Part shown: positions 52,341 through 61,786 of the stretch, in pieces | How positions within the stretch are numbered: position 1 is the first letter of the stretch | Layout of the letters: every line of letters starts with the position of its first letter | NCBI GenBank assembly: GCA_043822705.1 | Contig: JBDRBK010000041.1 | Coordinates: 1 to 61,913, forward strand | Source of the DNA: Fidelibacterota bacterium | Lineage (GTDB): Bacteria; Fidelibacterota; Marinisomatia; Marinisomatales; TCS56 | Reading direction: 5' to 3' | DNA length: 61,913 bases | Position numbers and translations under genes: made by a program | Notes under the pieces: model-generated | Seen by the model: only the letters and a program-made list of their open reading frames with translations | What the model was told of the DNA's origin: nothing | Databases searched by the model: none

Positions 52341-55214
52341 ATGAATTCAAACCATAAAAACACCAATCGATCAGCCGGTAAAATACTGGCCCTGATTCTG
52401 CTTGGTTTAGCAATTTCATTGCCCGCGGCAACAATTACCGGAAAAGTTAAAAATACTGATAACGGTAAATATTTACCCGGGGCCAATGTAATTCTGGTCG
52501 GTACTAATTACGGCGCCGCGACTGATAGAGCGGGAGATTTCAGGATTTCAAATATTCCCACCGGGAATTATACTCTGGCAGTCAAGTATATCGGATTCGT
52601 GGATTACACACAAGACATCACGGTGACCGATAATATCTCAGATAATAATTTTATCATTGCGATTAAAGTCAGTTATATTGAAATGGGGGAAGTGGTTGTA
52701 TCCGGGTTGCGACAGGGTGAGGCAAAAGCACTCAGCCAACAGAAAGCTTCCGACCATATCGAAAACATTATTTCCTCCGATCAGATTGACGCTTTCCCCG
52801 ACCCCAACGCTGCCGAGGCACTGCGTAGATTGCCCGGCGTATCCGTGCAGCAGGACCAGGGCGAAGGACGCTATGTGCTGATCCGTGGCACCGAGGCGCG
52901 GTTGAATTCCACCCAAATTAATGGCAACAATATCCCTTCTCCGGAGGATGATAACCGTAACGTATCGCTGGATGTCATCCCATCGGATTTGCTGGGCGCG
53001 ATTGAGGTCAGCAAAGCATTGACGCCCGATATGGATGGCGACGCAATCGGTGGCTCGGTCAACTTGATTACCAAGAATGCCTTCGACTACGACGGCCAGG
53101 TTATCAAAGCCGATTTATCCGGCGGCTATCGTAACCTGCGGGGCGACCTGGGCCAAAAAATGACCTTCACTTACGCTAATCAATTCATGGGCGGAAAACT
53201 GGGCCTGTTAGTTGGCGGCAGCTATAATAATAGCGATATGGCCACCGATGACCTGGAAATGGAATGGAATGATGAATATGAGTTGGTAACCGATGAAGTT
53301 GATGATTATGAAGTTGATGAAGACGATATAACCGATACGACTTTCATTTATACCACCGAGGCAACCGATGGTAAAGTACTCGATGTCATGGAATGGCGCG
53401 TCTATGATCTGAATCGTAAACGGGTCGGTTTAAACCTTAACCTGGATTATAAACTCAATAATAATTCTTCATTCTACTTCCGCTACCTGCATAATACTTA
53501 CACCGACATCGAAAACAGACACCTGCTCGCATTTGAATTTGGTAAATCGATCGACGAGGAGGAGCCGGGTAGCGGCTACACCTCCGCAACTTCAGTAACC
53601 GGGGCACCAGTAGTCCGCGAGCTGAAAGATCGTAAATCAGTATCAAAAATCCAGAGTATCGCGATCGGCGGAAAACATGATATTGGTAATCTCAAATTAG
53701 ACTACGATTTTTCCACTTCATCGGCCGAGGAGGTTCGCGATCCGAGCCAGGATATTGTATTTGAACAAGGTGGTTTTGACCTGGATTTTGATATCAGCGA
53801 TGAAATCTATCCGACTGTTACCGTTACCAACGGTCAAGATTATAACGACCTTGGTGAATTCGAATTCGATGAAAATGAATGGAAAAACGGTGAAGAGACG
53901 ACTGATAAAGATTATACCGGAGCGATCAATGTTCAAATGCCTTATTCCTTTGGCTCTGCTACCGGCAATCTGAAATTTGGCGGCAAATTCCGCAGCAAAA
54001 ACAAAATTTCCGATAAAACCACCGAGTTGATCTATGGTTGGGACGGCGCTGACGATCTGACGGCGGCCGATTTCGAATTGGCAATAGAAGGCGGTGAATT
54101 CATGGATGGCAATTATTCCCACGAAGTAGGAATCGACCCGGAAAAATTCACTGATTATTTTGATGAAAATATCGGTGATTTTGAATCAGAGATTGGGCTC
54201 GAGGCAAAGTATTTCGAAACCTGGGAAGCGGATGAAGATGTCAAGGCGTTCTACGGGATGACCACCATCAATTTTGGCAAACTGATGCTTTTAGCCGGTG
54301 CTCGGGTCGAGATGACCAGCACCACCTATCAGGGCTGGGAAGGCGATATCGCCCTGGCCGAAGATGATGAGTCAGTGATGGAAGAGGTCAAAGGTACCAA
54401 TGACTACACTAATTTCCTGCCCATGGTTCACCTGCGGTACAATGTCAGCGACAGGTTGGTTGCCAGAGCGGCCTTCACCCAAACAATCGCCCGCCCGGAT
54501 TACATTACGCTGGTGCCGTACAAATTCTTTGATGACGGTGAATTGTTCGAAGGCAATCCCGAGCTGAATCCGACGCAATCAACCAATCTGGACATTATGG
54601 TGGAATATTACGTGGGTACGCTGGGTATCCTGTCCGGCGGATTCTTCACAAAAACCATGGTAGACTATATCTACAGTAAAGTCGAAGAGCCCGAAGACAT
54701 GCTGTTTGGTGACGAAGAAGTTGAGGAATGGTCCTATCCGGTCAATGGTGCGGACGCAACGCTCAGCGGATTTGAACTCCAGTGGCAACAGGCGCTTACT
54801 TTCCTGCCGGGAGCCCTCAATGGCTTAGGTGTTTATGTGAACTACACCAGTACTTCTTCCGAAGCTAAATATCTGGATCGGGATGCTACCACCCTGCCAG
54901 GGCAGGCAGCAAGTGTCGGTAATTTCGGATTGTCTTATGAAAAGTTCGGCTTCGCTGCCAAGTTATCAGTCAATTTCCATGGCGAATACATATCCGAAGT
55001 CGGTGGTGATGAAGACGAGGATATCTATTATGCCGACAATACACAGGTTGATCTTTCCGCTTCCTACAAATTGAAGAACAATATCAAACTGTATGTTGAT
55101 GCAACGAATATAACCAATACACCGCTGGTGTACTTCGTTGGCGATCCGGAATTCCCGATTCAGCGGGAACTGTACTCATTCGGAGTCCGCGCCGGCATCA
55201 AATTCGACTTATAG
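52341..55214 (+). CDS. TonB-dependent receptor (phytase-associated type)
   Basis: FPDPNAAEALRRLPGVS...DQGEGRYV.IRG, KALTPDMDGDAIGGSVNL, GNPEL.P, C-terminal GIKFDL. Confidence 0.93.
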   Translation: MNSNHKNTNRSAGKILALILLGLAISLPAATITGKVKNTDNGKYLPGANVILVGTNYGAATDRAGDFRISNIPTGNYTLAVKYIGFVDYTQDITVTDNISDNNFIIAIKVSYIEMGEVVVSGLRQGEAKALSQQKASDHIENIISSDQIDAFPDPNAAEALRRLPGVSVQQDQGEGRYVLIRGTEARLNSTQINGNNIPSPEDDNRNVSLDVIPSDLLGAIEVSKALTPDMDGDAIGGSVNLITKNAFDYDGQVIKADLSGGYRNLRGDLGQKMTFTYANQFMGGKLGLLVGGSYNNSDMATDDLEMEWNDEYELVTDEVDDYEVDEDDITDTTFIYTTEATDGKVLDVMEWRVYDLNRKRVGLNLNLDYKLNNNSSFYFRYLHNTYTDIENRHLLAFEFGKSIDEEEPGSGYTSATSVTGAPVVRELKDRKSVSKIQSIAIGGKHDIGNLKLDYDFSTSSAEEVRDPSQDIVFEQGGFDLDFDISDEIYPTVTVTNGQDYNDLGEFEFDENEWKNGEETTDKDYTGAINVQMPYSFGSATGNLKFGGKFRSKNKISDKTTELIYGWDGADDLTAADFELAIEGGEFMDGNYSHEVGIDPEKFTDYFDENIGDFESEIGLEAKYFETWEADEDVKAFYGMTTINFGKLMLLAGARVEMTSTTYQGWEGDIALAEDDESVMEEVKGTNDYTNFLPMVHLRYNVSDRLVARAAFTQTIARPDYITLVPYKFFDDGELFEGNPELNPTQSTNLDIMVEYYVGTLGILSGGFFTKTMVDYIYSKVEEPEDMLFGDEEVEEWSYPVNGADATLSGFELQWQQALTFLPGALNGLGVYVNYTSTSSEAKYLDRDATTLPGQAASVGNFGLSYEKFGFAAKLSVNFHGEYISEVGGDEDEDIYYADNTQVDLSASYKLKNNIKLYVDATNITNTPLVYFVGDPEFPIQRELYSFGVRAGIKFDL

Positions 55215-55325
55215 GAACATAGAACGGTATCACTGAAAGGCTGGTATTCAAATAAAATGTAATGCCAGCCTTTCTTTCAGTAAAATAGTACCACCAGAAT
55301 AAATAGTGAATAAGGATTTTGAACG

Positions 55326-56423
55326 ATGAAGAACGCAATTTGGATACTGTCGGTATTGATTCTTATCGGCTGTGAAAGTACCAAAACCTATATCATCAAT
55401 GATGTTGTACATCCGGTAATGGCGACAGTGGAAACCGCCCCGGTGCCCAGCGCCGATGATGCCGCCGATGACCCCTGCATCTGGATTCATCCCACGGATC
55501 CATCCCTGTCGACAATAATCGGCACGCATAAAAAAGAGGGGGCCGGACTGCTGGTCTACGATCTGGCGGGTAATGAGATTCAGCGCGTCACCGATGGCCG
55601 CATGAATAATGTCGATATCCGCTACAACTTCCCCCTCAATGGGGAATTGGTCGCGCTGGTAACGGCCGGGAACCGTGATCTTAATTCAATCGCGATCTAT
55701 AAAGTCGATCCCGGCACCAGAAACCTGATTTCGGTTTCCGCCCGTAACATTCCATTGGATCTGGCCGATGGCGTGTACGGATCAACGATGTACCACAGTA
55801 TTACGACTGGCAAATATTATGCTTTTCTCAATGACAAAACCGGTAAAATCGAACAGTGGGAATTATATGATAACGGCGAAGGATTAGTTGACGGGAAATT
55901 AGTCCGCACGCTTTTTGTCGATTCGCAACCGGAAGGCTGTGTTGCCGATGACATACACGGAATACTCTATGTGGGCGAAGAACAGCAAGCCCTTTGGAAA
56001 TTCGCTGCCGAACCCGACGCCGCGACAACAAAAACCTTGGTCGATTCCGTCGGCAATCACTTCGTTCCCGACTTGGAAGGCCTGGCAATATACTATGCTG
56101 ATCGCAACACCGGCTATCTGATCGCCTCCAGCCAAGGCAATAATACCTATATTATCTACCTGCGTGATGGTGCAAATGAATATGTTGGGACCTATCAAAT
56201 TGTGGATGGCGCAACAATTGACGGTGTTCAGGAAACCGATGGTCTGGACGTAACCAATTTTGGACTTGGTTCATCCTTCCCAGGCGGTGTATTCGTGACC
56301 CAGGATGGCTCCAATCCGGGCGCCAACCAGAATTATAAATTTGTACCCTGGGAATCGATTGCTAATTCTTTCACACCGGCCTTAATGATTAAGACCGACT
56401 GGGATCCCCGGGCGGTGAAGTAA
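55326..56423 (+). CDS. phy: Beta-propeller phytase (3-phytase), lipoprotein
   Basis: Lipobox LIGC, DAADDP.IW.HP, GRMNNVD, QPEGCVADD, DLEGLAIY, SSQG, ETDG, QDG, NQNYK. Confidence 0.95.
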   Translation: MKNAIWILSVLILIGCESTKTYIINDVVHPVMATVETAPVPSADDAADDPCIWIHPTDPSLSTIIGTHKKEGAGLLVYDLAGNEIQRVTDGRMNNVDIRYNFPLNGELVALVTAGNRDLNSIAIYKVDPGTRNLISVSARNIPLDLADGVYGSTMYHSITTGKYYAFLNDKTGKIEQWELYDNGEGLVDGKLVRTLFVDSQPEGCVADDIHGILYVGEEQQALWKFAAEPDAATTKTLVDSVGNHFVPDLEGLAIYYADRNTGYLIASSQGNNTYIIYLRDGANEYVGTYQIVDGATIDGVQETDGLDVTNFGLGSSFPGGVFVTQDGSNPGANQNYKFVPWESIANSFTPALMIKTDWDPRAVK

Positions 56424-56456
56424 TCTGACGCATAGTTAATACTTTTCAACGGTACT

Positions 56457-56488
56457 AAAAGCTCCTATGACAGATGTAGGAGCTTTTT
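56457..56488 (+). terminator. Intrinsic terminator, potentially bidirectional
   Basis: AAAAGCTCCTA...TAGGAGCTTTTT after the phytase stop. Confidence 0.8.
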
Positions 56489-56878
56489 ATATATACAATT
56501 CACTTTGCAGACAATTAAAACAGTCGTTATTCATGCTCGCCAGAGCATGCCACAGCATTGATATAGACTCGCGAACTTTGGAATTCCTATACGACCGGTG
56601 GGGCAGGTGAGTACTCCACTGTCTCGTCGATAATTGAAAAACGCTGGTGTGCAAATGATCGTGACAACCTAAGAATATATTTATCAATATTATATCCCAA
56701 CAGAACATTTCAATAATTGATGTTATTGGATAGCTTGAAAATTTTTGTCAAATAACATACATTTGGTGCAATTAATTCCCCTCTTATCGTACGTTGCCTT
56801 CTGCCCATATGCACTAAACGGTGCCGCTGCCGAATACCCCTATCTCCGTAGTAATCACTAAATAATAAGGAGATATTC

Positions 56879-58339
56879 ATGCTAAATAGTAACCGATGCA
56901 AAATCACACTAATTACTTTTATGCTGCTTGGTTTACTAGCTCCAGGTTTTACAAATGCACAACCCGAGGCCGTGTGGTCCAAGGTGATCGGCGATTCGAC
57001 GGGTTATTTTACGTCAGTGGATAATACCATAGATGCCGGATTCATTCTCACCGGACCACATAGTGGTGTGTGGGTTGTAAGGGTTGATAGTGAAGGCGAT
57101 ACGGTCTGGACATTGGATATTGCTGATATTGGTGATTTTAGCAGCGATCACTCAAGAATATTCGCAGCGTCGGATGGTGGCTTTCTACTGACAACCGGCG
57201 GCGACCCCTGGTTAATTAAAATCGATTCTGATGGAGAAATAGTCTGGGAGCTGGCTTTTAGCACCCTTTACTTAGACACCTTACCGGCTTTTAACGGATA
57301 TATTTTGGGTGGTTGTGTCGAACTGGTAGACGGTTCTTTCGTCTTTTCAGGATTTTATAGATACGGTGACTTCAGCCATCCCCTGTTCGTCAAAATTAGT
57401 GATGCAGGCGCTGTAACCTGGATAAAATCTATAGGTTGGGGACGGGCTTGGTCACTTGTCCAAACTTCTTCCGGGGATTTGGTAACGGCAGGAAATTTCG
57501 AATTATCCGACTCCGGAATATCAGGACCTGGTTTAATGAAAATATCCACCGCTGGAGATTCGTTATCACTAAATATTTACAGAGATAATAATACGGATGA
57601 AAATAACGCCTGGTACGATTTACAAAGCATTGAAGAAACAACAGACAATGGATTCATTATGGCCGGGAGAAGACGCGATAACGCAGAAACCAACAATTTT
57701 TATGTCGTGCATGCAAACTCCTCCGGAGAAATGATCTGGGAAAAGACCTATGGTGGCCAATTTACGGGAGAAGCTTTTTTTGCTGCCCAGGTTGACACAG
57801 GTTTTATAGTCGGTGGAATGGGTGCCGATACCACCGCCGGCAGCGACGGTGCGCCATGGACGTTATTACTATCGAGTGCGGGTGAAATCACCTGGGTTTC
57901 GGATTGGGGTTTAACGGGAAACAACGGAGCCTTCGCTATAACTAAAGTCAGTACCGGGGAGTACTTATTTGCCGGGGCTACAATATATCAGTTTGAACCA
58001 TCTTTTAAAATTAATGGGTTCCTGTTGCGCCTGTCGTTTAATGATATCGTTGTATCGATTTCATCGGTATTACCACGTCAATTTTCTTTATTGCAGAATT
58101 ATCCTAATCCTTTTAATCCAATCACTACTATTCATTACGAATTGGCTATAAGAACGGATGTCCAGCTAACCATCTACGATCTGCTTGGGAAAGAAGTGAC
58201 AACCCTTGTTTCCGAATCCCAAAATGCAGGATATAAATCAGTACAATGGGATGCCTCCAATGTCGCCAGCGGGGTCTACATTTACCGAATCAAGGCTGGA
58301 GATTATGTGCAGACCAGAAAGATGGTGGTATTGAAATAA
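56879..58339 (+). CDS. Secreted beta-propeller-repeat protein with secretion CTD
   Basis: AAGGAGA RBS, signal peptide, repeated 'DGGF...W.IK.DS.G...W' units, QNYPNPFNP...TRKMVVLK. Confidence 0.85.
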   Translation: MLNSNRCKITLITFMLLGLLAPGFTNAQPEAVWSKVIGDSTGYFTSVDNTIDAGFILTGPHSGVWVVRVDSEGDTVWTLDIADIGDFSSDHSRIFAASDGGFLLTTGGDPWLIKIDSDGEIVWELAFSTLYLDTLPAFNGYILGGCVELVDGSFVFSGFYRYGDFSHPLFVKISDAGAVTWIKSIGWGRAWSLVQTSSGDLVTAGNFELSDSGISGPGLMKISTAGDSLSLNIYRDNNTDENNAWYDLQSIEETTDNGFIMAGRRRDNAETNNFYVVHANSSGEMIWEKTYGGQFTGEAFFAAQVDTGFIVGGMGADTTAGSDGAPWTLLLSSAGEITWVSDWGLTGNNGAFAITKVSTGEYLFAGATIYQFEPSFKINGFLLRLSFNDIVVSISSVLPRQFSLLQNYPNPFNPITTIHYELAIRTDVQLTIYDLLGKEVTTLVSESQNAGYKSVQWDASNVASGVYIYRIKAGDYVQTRKMVVLK

Positions 58340-58358
58340 CCATTAGTCTGTTAGCTAT

Positions 58359-58388
58359 AAAAAGGGCGGTCTACTGACTGCCCTTTTT
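58359..58388 (+). terminator. Intrinsic terminator
   Basis: AAAAAGGGCGGTC-TACT-GACTGCCCTTTTT. Confidence 0.8.
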
Positions 58389-58519
58389 AATTACACTCAA
58401 AATCCGTAAAAAATATATGCATTCTCCATACCTCACAGTACTAATTGCCCCAATAAGTAAAAACCCCAATTTCTCCTTCGACTTGTCCACCTCAGGCGGA
58501 GAAACCCGGGTTATCGTCG

Positions 58520-58667
58520 GTGGGCCCACCTGTCTGCGCATAATATGCTACGACAAGGCAGGCAGGGATTGATCTCCAAGTATTCGATCTTTTCCGCTGT
58601 GCTCCTAATTGAACCACCCGCCTGCCGAAACCGGCAGTACAGGCAGGCGAACCTGCGGATTATGAGT
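58520..58667 (-). pseudogene. Degenerate tRNA-Ile2 3'-half (att-like) split by three short insertions
   Basis: Pieces GTGGGCCCAC / AGGGATT / TGAACC / CGAACCTGCGGATTATGAGT occur in order and match 61786-61829. Confidence 0.8.
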
Positions 58668-59032
58668 ACGCAGTTCACCGAGGAGGATTTTGAAAAGTGT
58701 GCCATAAAGTTGACGTCATTCTGTCTACTCCTGTCTAGTTCTGTCGTACCAACCGTGGAATTAGGGCTGTAACCATCGCTATCAAGGTGGAGCTATAAAG
58801 TGGCATTGAATCGGCTAACCAAGTAAATTACTGATTACTGTAAATGTTAAAAGTACACCTCAACTTTTCAGCGGAAGTGTTTGAAAGAAACAAAAGACTT
58901 ACATGATATTGGAGTAGTTATTATCAGTAACATTGTAATTGTATTTCACTACCACACCTTCTTACATTACTTCATGCGGTGGGGAGAACATCAGTCGGTG
59001 TAATTATAAGAACAGGATTGATTTAACTTGCC

Positions 59033-61147
59033 GTGAGCAGAATATTTTTCATCAACTTATCTGTCATCTTAGTTGTAAGTACGCTATATGCCGATGAGTA
59101 TATGTTCCAACGAACAAACGGTCCTTTCGGAGGTTATGCCAGATCCTTTGACATTTATAACGATACTTTATTTCTAAGTGGAAGTAGTGGGGTTTGGTAT
59201 AGCCCTGACTCCGGTGATACCTGGCAGTTTGGAGGTTTGGCTTCTATTAAAATCACCAAATTCTTATTAGCCAATGGATTATGGCTTGCAGCGAGTGAAG
59301 GGGATGGAATTTTCATTTCTAAAGACCGTGGAGGAACTTGGATAAGAAAGACCGCTGGTTTAGAAAATGCGCGGACGATACACCATTTAGCTTTAATTGA
59401 TACTATATTAGTAATTGGAACACGATATTCTGGAATCTACAGAAGTCTAGATTGGGGCGACACATGTCAACAAGTCAACAATGGAATTGATAATAGATAT
59501 GTACTTGGTTTTGCATCTGGAGATTCAACTATTGTTGCTTCAGCTGTTGGTAGTTCCCCTGGGGGATTGTATATCTCTACTGACAATGCTTTTTCCTGGC
59601 ACTTAACAGATAACCCTGGCACCGATGGATGGCCACATTTTTCTCATTTGCACCGGTATAAGAATGTGATCTATGCTTTTAATGACGCTAATAATCGTGT
59701 GATAATTAGTGAAAAAGATGGTCGCACATGGCGATACCCCAGATTTGCAGGTGCAGTATCAGGATATGTTACGACAATGACAGTAAATGAATACGGTATA
59801 TTTGTTATTGCAGACGGTAAAAATATTTCTACGAGTACTGACTATGGATTTTCGTGGTCACCTGTTAAAATTAATATGGGAAACACCACTATAACTGCAT
59901 GCGGTAGTGACGACAGCACTTTATATGTGAGTACTTATCTCGATTTATATAGGAGTAGTAACGGTGGTAAAAACTGGGATAAAACAAATAACACAAGGAT
60001 AGCAAGCAGTATTACTTATTTAAAACAATATAATGATATACTTTTTGCTGCAACTGGGGGAGGGGGAATGTTTAGAAGCACAGATGGTGAAACCTGGCAG
60101 GCCTGTAATATTGGACTAAAATATTTAGATATTAAAAAAATATTGATTCATAAAAACTCAATATATTTATCTGGTATCCCTATCTACAAAAGCGATGACC
60201 TCGGCGATACATGGCAACAAGTAGGTGGTAATATTAGGAGTCCGTTTTGTCTGGCTAGCAACGGCCGCTTTTTATTCATGGGTAACTACATTGATAATCA
60301 GTATGGATTGTACAAGAGTAGGAACGGGGTTGATTGGTGGCGAATATTTGATGCGAATAATAGGTCAATATATGCGGCAGCTTGTATTGATAGTACGGTA
60401 TTAATTGCTACTGGTGGTTCGCCCACAATATTTTATATAAGCCATGATGAAGGCTATACGTGGAAGATGTTAGAAGAATTTAATTTTACAAGTCTCTATG
60501 ATATTTTAGTTCATGATTCGACATTTTTAATCTTGCGTGGTGGTATCAGTGAAGTCTATTCAAGCACAGATAGAGGACTAACTTGGCAGAATGAATGGTG
60601 TTCACCATCCAACTCTGTAGTGTCGGCAATAGCCAGAAGTAATGATACCTGGTACTTTGGGAAAAAATGCGGTTATCTTGACACAAAATATGGCAGGGGA
60701 TTATATATTAGACCAGACAGTAGTATGTTATGTACTAATGTAAGTGATTCTAGTTTTTGTATGAATATTACCGCTCTGGAATGGTACAATGGTGAACTTT
60801 ATATTGGGACAGATGGCGGCGGTGTTCTTAAATACGTGAAAGTACCGCAAAAAGAACCAGTCGTGCCAAACAAAATGTTCTTATATCAAAATTATCCGAA
60901 TCCATTTAATTCAAACACCACAATTCGGTATGACCTAACGGATAGGCAATTTATTAAAATAACAATTTATGACCTGCTTGGTAGAAAGATCACAACGCTG
61001 TTATCAGGGATGCAAGATGTCGGATATAAGTTAGTGATCTGGGATGGTACCAATGACAAGGGACAACCAGTCAGCGCTGGTGTATATTTTTACCAGATCA
61101 GGGCTGGGGAGTATGTGCAGACAAAGAAAATGGTGGTGTTGAAATAA
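59033..61147 (+). CDS. Secreted BNR/Asp-box (YCF48/VPS10-like) repeat protein with secretion CTD
   Basis: Many S.D.G.TW Asp-boxes, signal peptide, QNYPNPFN...TKKMVVLK; visibly AT-rich. Confidence 0.88.
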   Translation: MSRIFFINLSVILVVSTLYADEYMFQRTNGPFGGYARSFDIYNDTLFLSGSSGVWYSPDSGDTWQFGGLASIKITKFLLANGLWLAASEGDGIFISKDRGGTWIRKTAGLENARTIHHLALIDTILVIGTRYSGIYRSLDWGDTCQQVNNGIDNRYVLGFASGDSTIVASAVGSSPGGLYISTDNAFSWHLTDNPGTDGWPHFSHLHRYKNVIYAFNDANNRVIISEKDGRTWRYPRFAGAVSGYVTTMTVNEYGIFVIADGKNISTSTDYGFSWSPVKINMGNTTITACGSDDSTLYVSTYLDLYRSSNGGKNWDKTNNTRIASSITYLKQYNDILFAATGGGGMFRSTDGETWQACNIGLKYLDIKKILIHKNSIYLSGIPIYKSDDLGDTWQQVGGNIRSPFCLASNGRFLFMGNYIDNQYGLYKSRNGVDWWRIFDANNRSIYAAACIDSTVLIATGGSPTIFYISHDEGYTWKMLEEFNFTSLYDILVHDSTFLILRGGISEVYSSTDRGLTWQNEWCSPSNSVVSAIARSNDTWYFGKKCGYLDTKYGRGLYIRPDSSMLCTNVSDSSFCMNITALEWYNGELYIGTDGGGVLKYVKVPQKEPVVPNKMFLYQNYPNPFNSNTTIRYDLTDRQFIKITIYDLLGRKITTLLSGMQDVGYKLVIWDGTNDKGQPVSAGVYFYQIRAGEYVQTKKMVVLK

Positions 61148-61171
61148 CCATTAGTCTGATAGCTGTGACGG

Positions 61172-61196
61172 GGGCAGTCTACTGACTGCCCTTTTT
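61172..61196 (+). terminator. Intrinsic terminator
   Basis: GGGCAGTC-TACT-GACTGCCC-TTTTT. Confidence 0.8.
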
Positions 61197-61325
61197 CATT
61201 ACAACCAAAATCGTAAATACTACGTATTCTCCATACTACTCAGTACTACTTGACCCAATAAGGAAAAACCCCAACTTCTCCTTCGACTTGTCCGTCTGGG
61301 GTGGAGAAACCAGGGTTACCGTCGA

Positions 61326-61369
61326 GTGGGCCCACAGGGATTTGAACCCCGAACCTGCGGATTATGAGT
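61326..61369 (-). mobile_element. att-like exact duplicate of the tRNA 3' half (44 bp)
   Basis: GTGGGCCCACAGGGATTTGAACCCCGAACCTGCGGATTATGAGT is identical to 61786-61829 and ends at the anticodon loop. Confidence 0.88.
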
Positions 61370-61480
61370 ACGCAGGTCACCGAGGAGAGATTTAAAAAAT
61401 GTGCCATAAAGTTGACGTCATTCTGTCTACTCCTGTCTAGTTCTGTCATATTAAATACTAAAAATACCGATTACGCAAAA

Positions 61481-61600
61481 TATCGAACACCCCCATCACT
61501 GGATAACTGCACTCCAGCAGAGGTGTACACAGGAAGGTATCGACAAGTCTTATCTGAAAGATAAAGGATTAAACAAAAAACACTAAAAATGAGATATGCT
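61481..61600 (+). pseudogene. Remnant of an IS3/IS481-like transposase C-terminus
   Basis: YRTPPSLDNCTPAEVYTGRYRQVLSER*RIKQKTLKMR resembles the 'SL.NLTPADVY.GR...IL..RERIK..TL..R' tail; contains an in-frame stop. Confidence 0.6.
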
Positions 61601-61664
61601 CTATTCTGTGTCCTTTTTTTATATCCGAAAATTCTTAGACACCGCTCACCGGGAATCGCTGCCC

Positions 61665-61727
61665 AAAAGTGTGCCGTAATTGTGCCGTTTTCCTGTCATA
61701 TCCTGTCTATTTCTGTCATATTCTGAC
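61665..61727 (+). repeat. Third GTGCC + 10-bp-phased TYCTGTC module
   Basis: AAAAGTGTGCC..TGTGCC, then TCCTGTC/TCCTGTC/TTCTGTC/TTCTGAC at 61691, 61701, 61711 and 61721. Confidence 0.8.
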
Positions 61728-61742
61728 CATTTTAACAAAAAT

Positions 61743-61770
61743 ACAAAACCCGCCAAAATGACGGGTTTGT
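61743..61770 (-). terminator. Terminator-like hairpin downstream of the tRNA
   Basis: Minus strand ACAAACCCGTC-ATTTT-GGCGGGTTTTGT. Confidence 0.6.
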
Positions 61771-61786
61771 CGACGAGAAAGCTGTG

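Larger units (their letters stand above)
58300..58745 (+). repeat. Cassette-junction repeat copy A (CTD end, terminator, interrupted tRNA 3' half, GTGCC/TYCTGTC module)
   Basis: Colinear with 61108-61447. TGTGCCATAAAGTTGACGTCATTCTGTCTACTCCTGTCTAGTTCTGTC is identical in both copies. Confidence 0.9.
61108..61447 (+). repeat. Cassette-junction repeat copy B
   Basis: Colinear with 58300-58745 and contains the intact 44-bp tRNA duplicate. Confidence 0.9.

Noticed and set aside
58768..58903. MITE/IS end (TGTAAC...CTTACA)
   Set aside because: Only a 5-bp terminal match and no clear target duplication.
58300..61447. CRISPR array, classical integron attC sites or a DGR template/variable repeat pair
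   Set aside because: There is no repeat-spacer periodicity, no cas, intI or reverse transcriptase gene, no attC box structure, and the differences are not adenine-specific.
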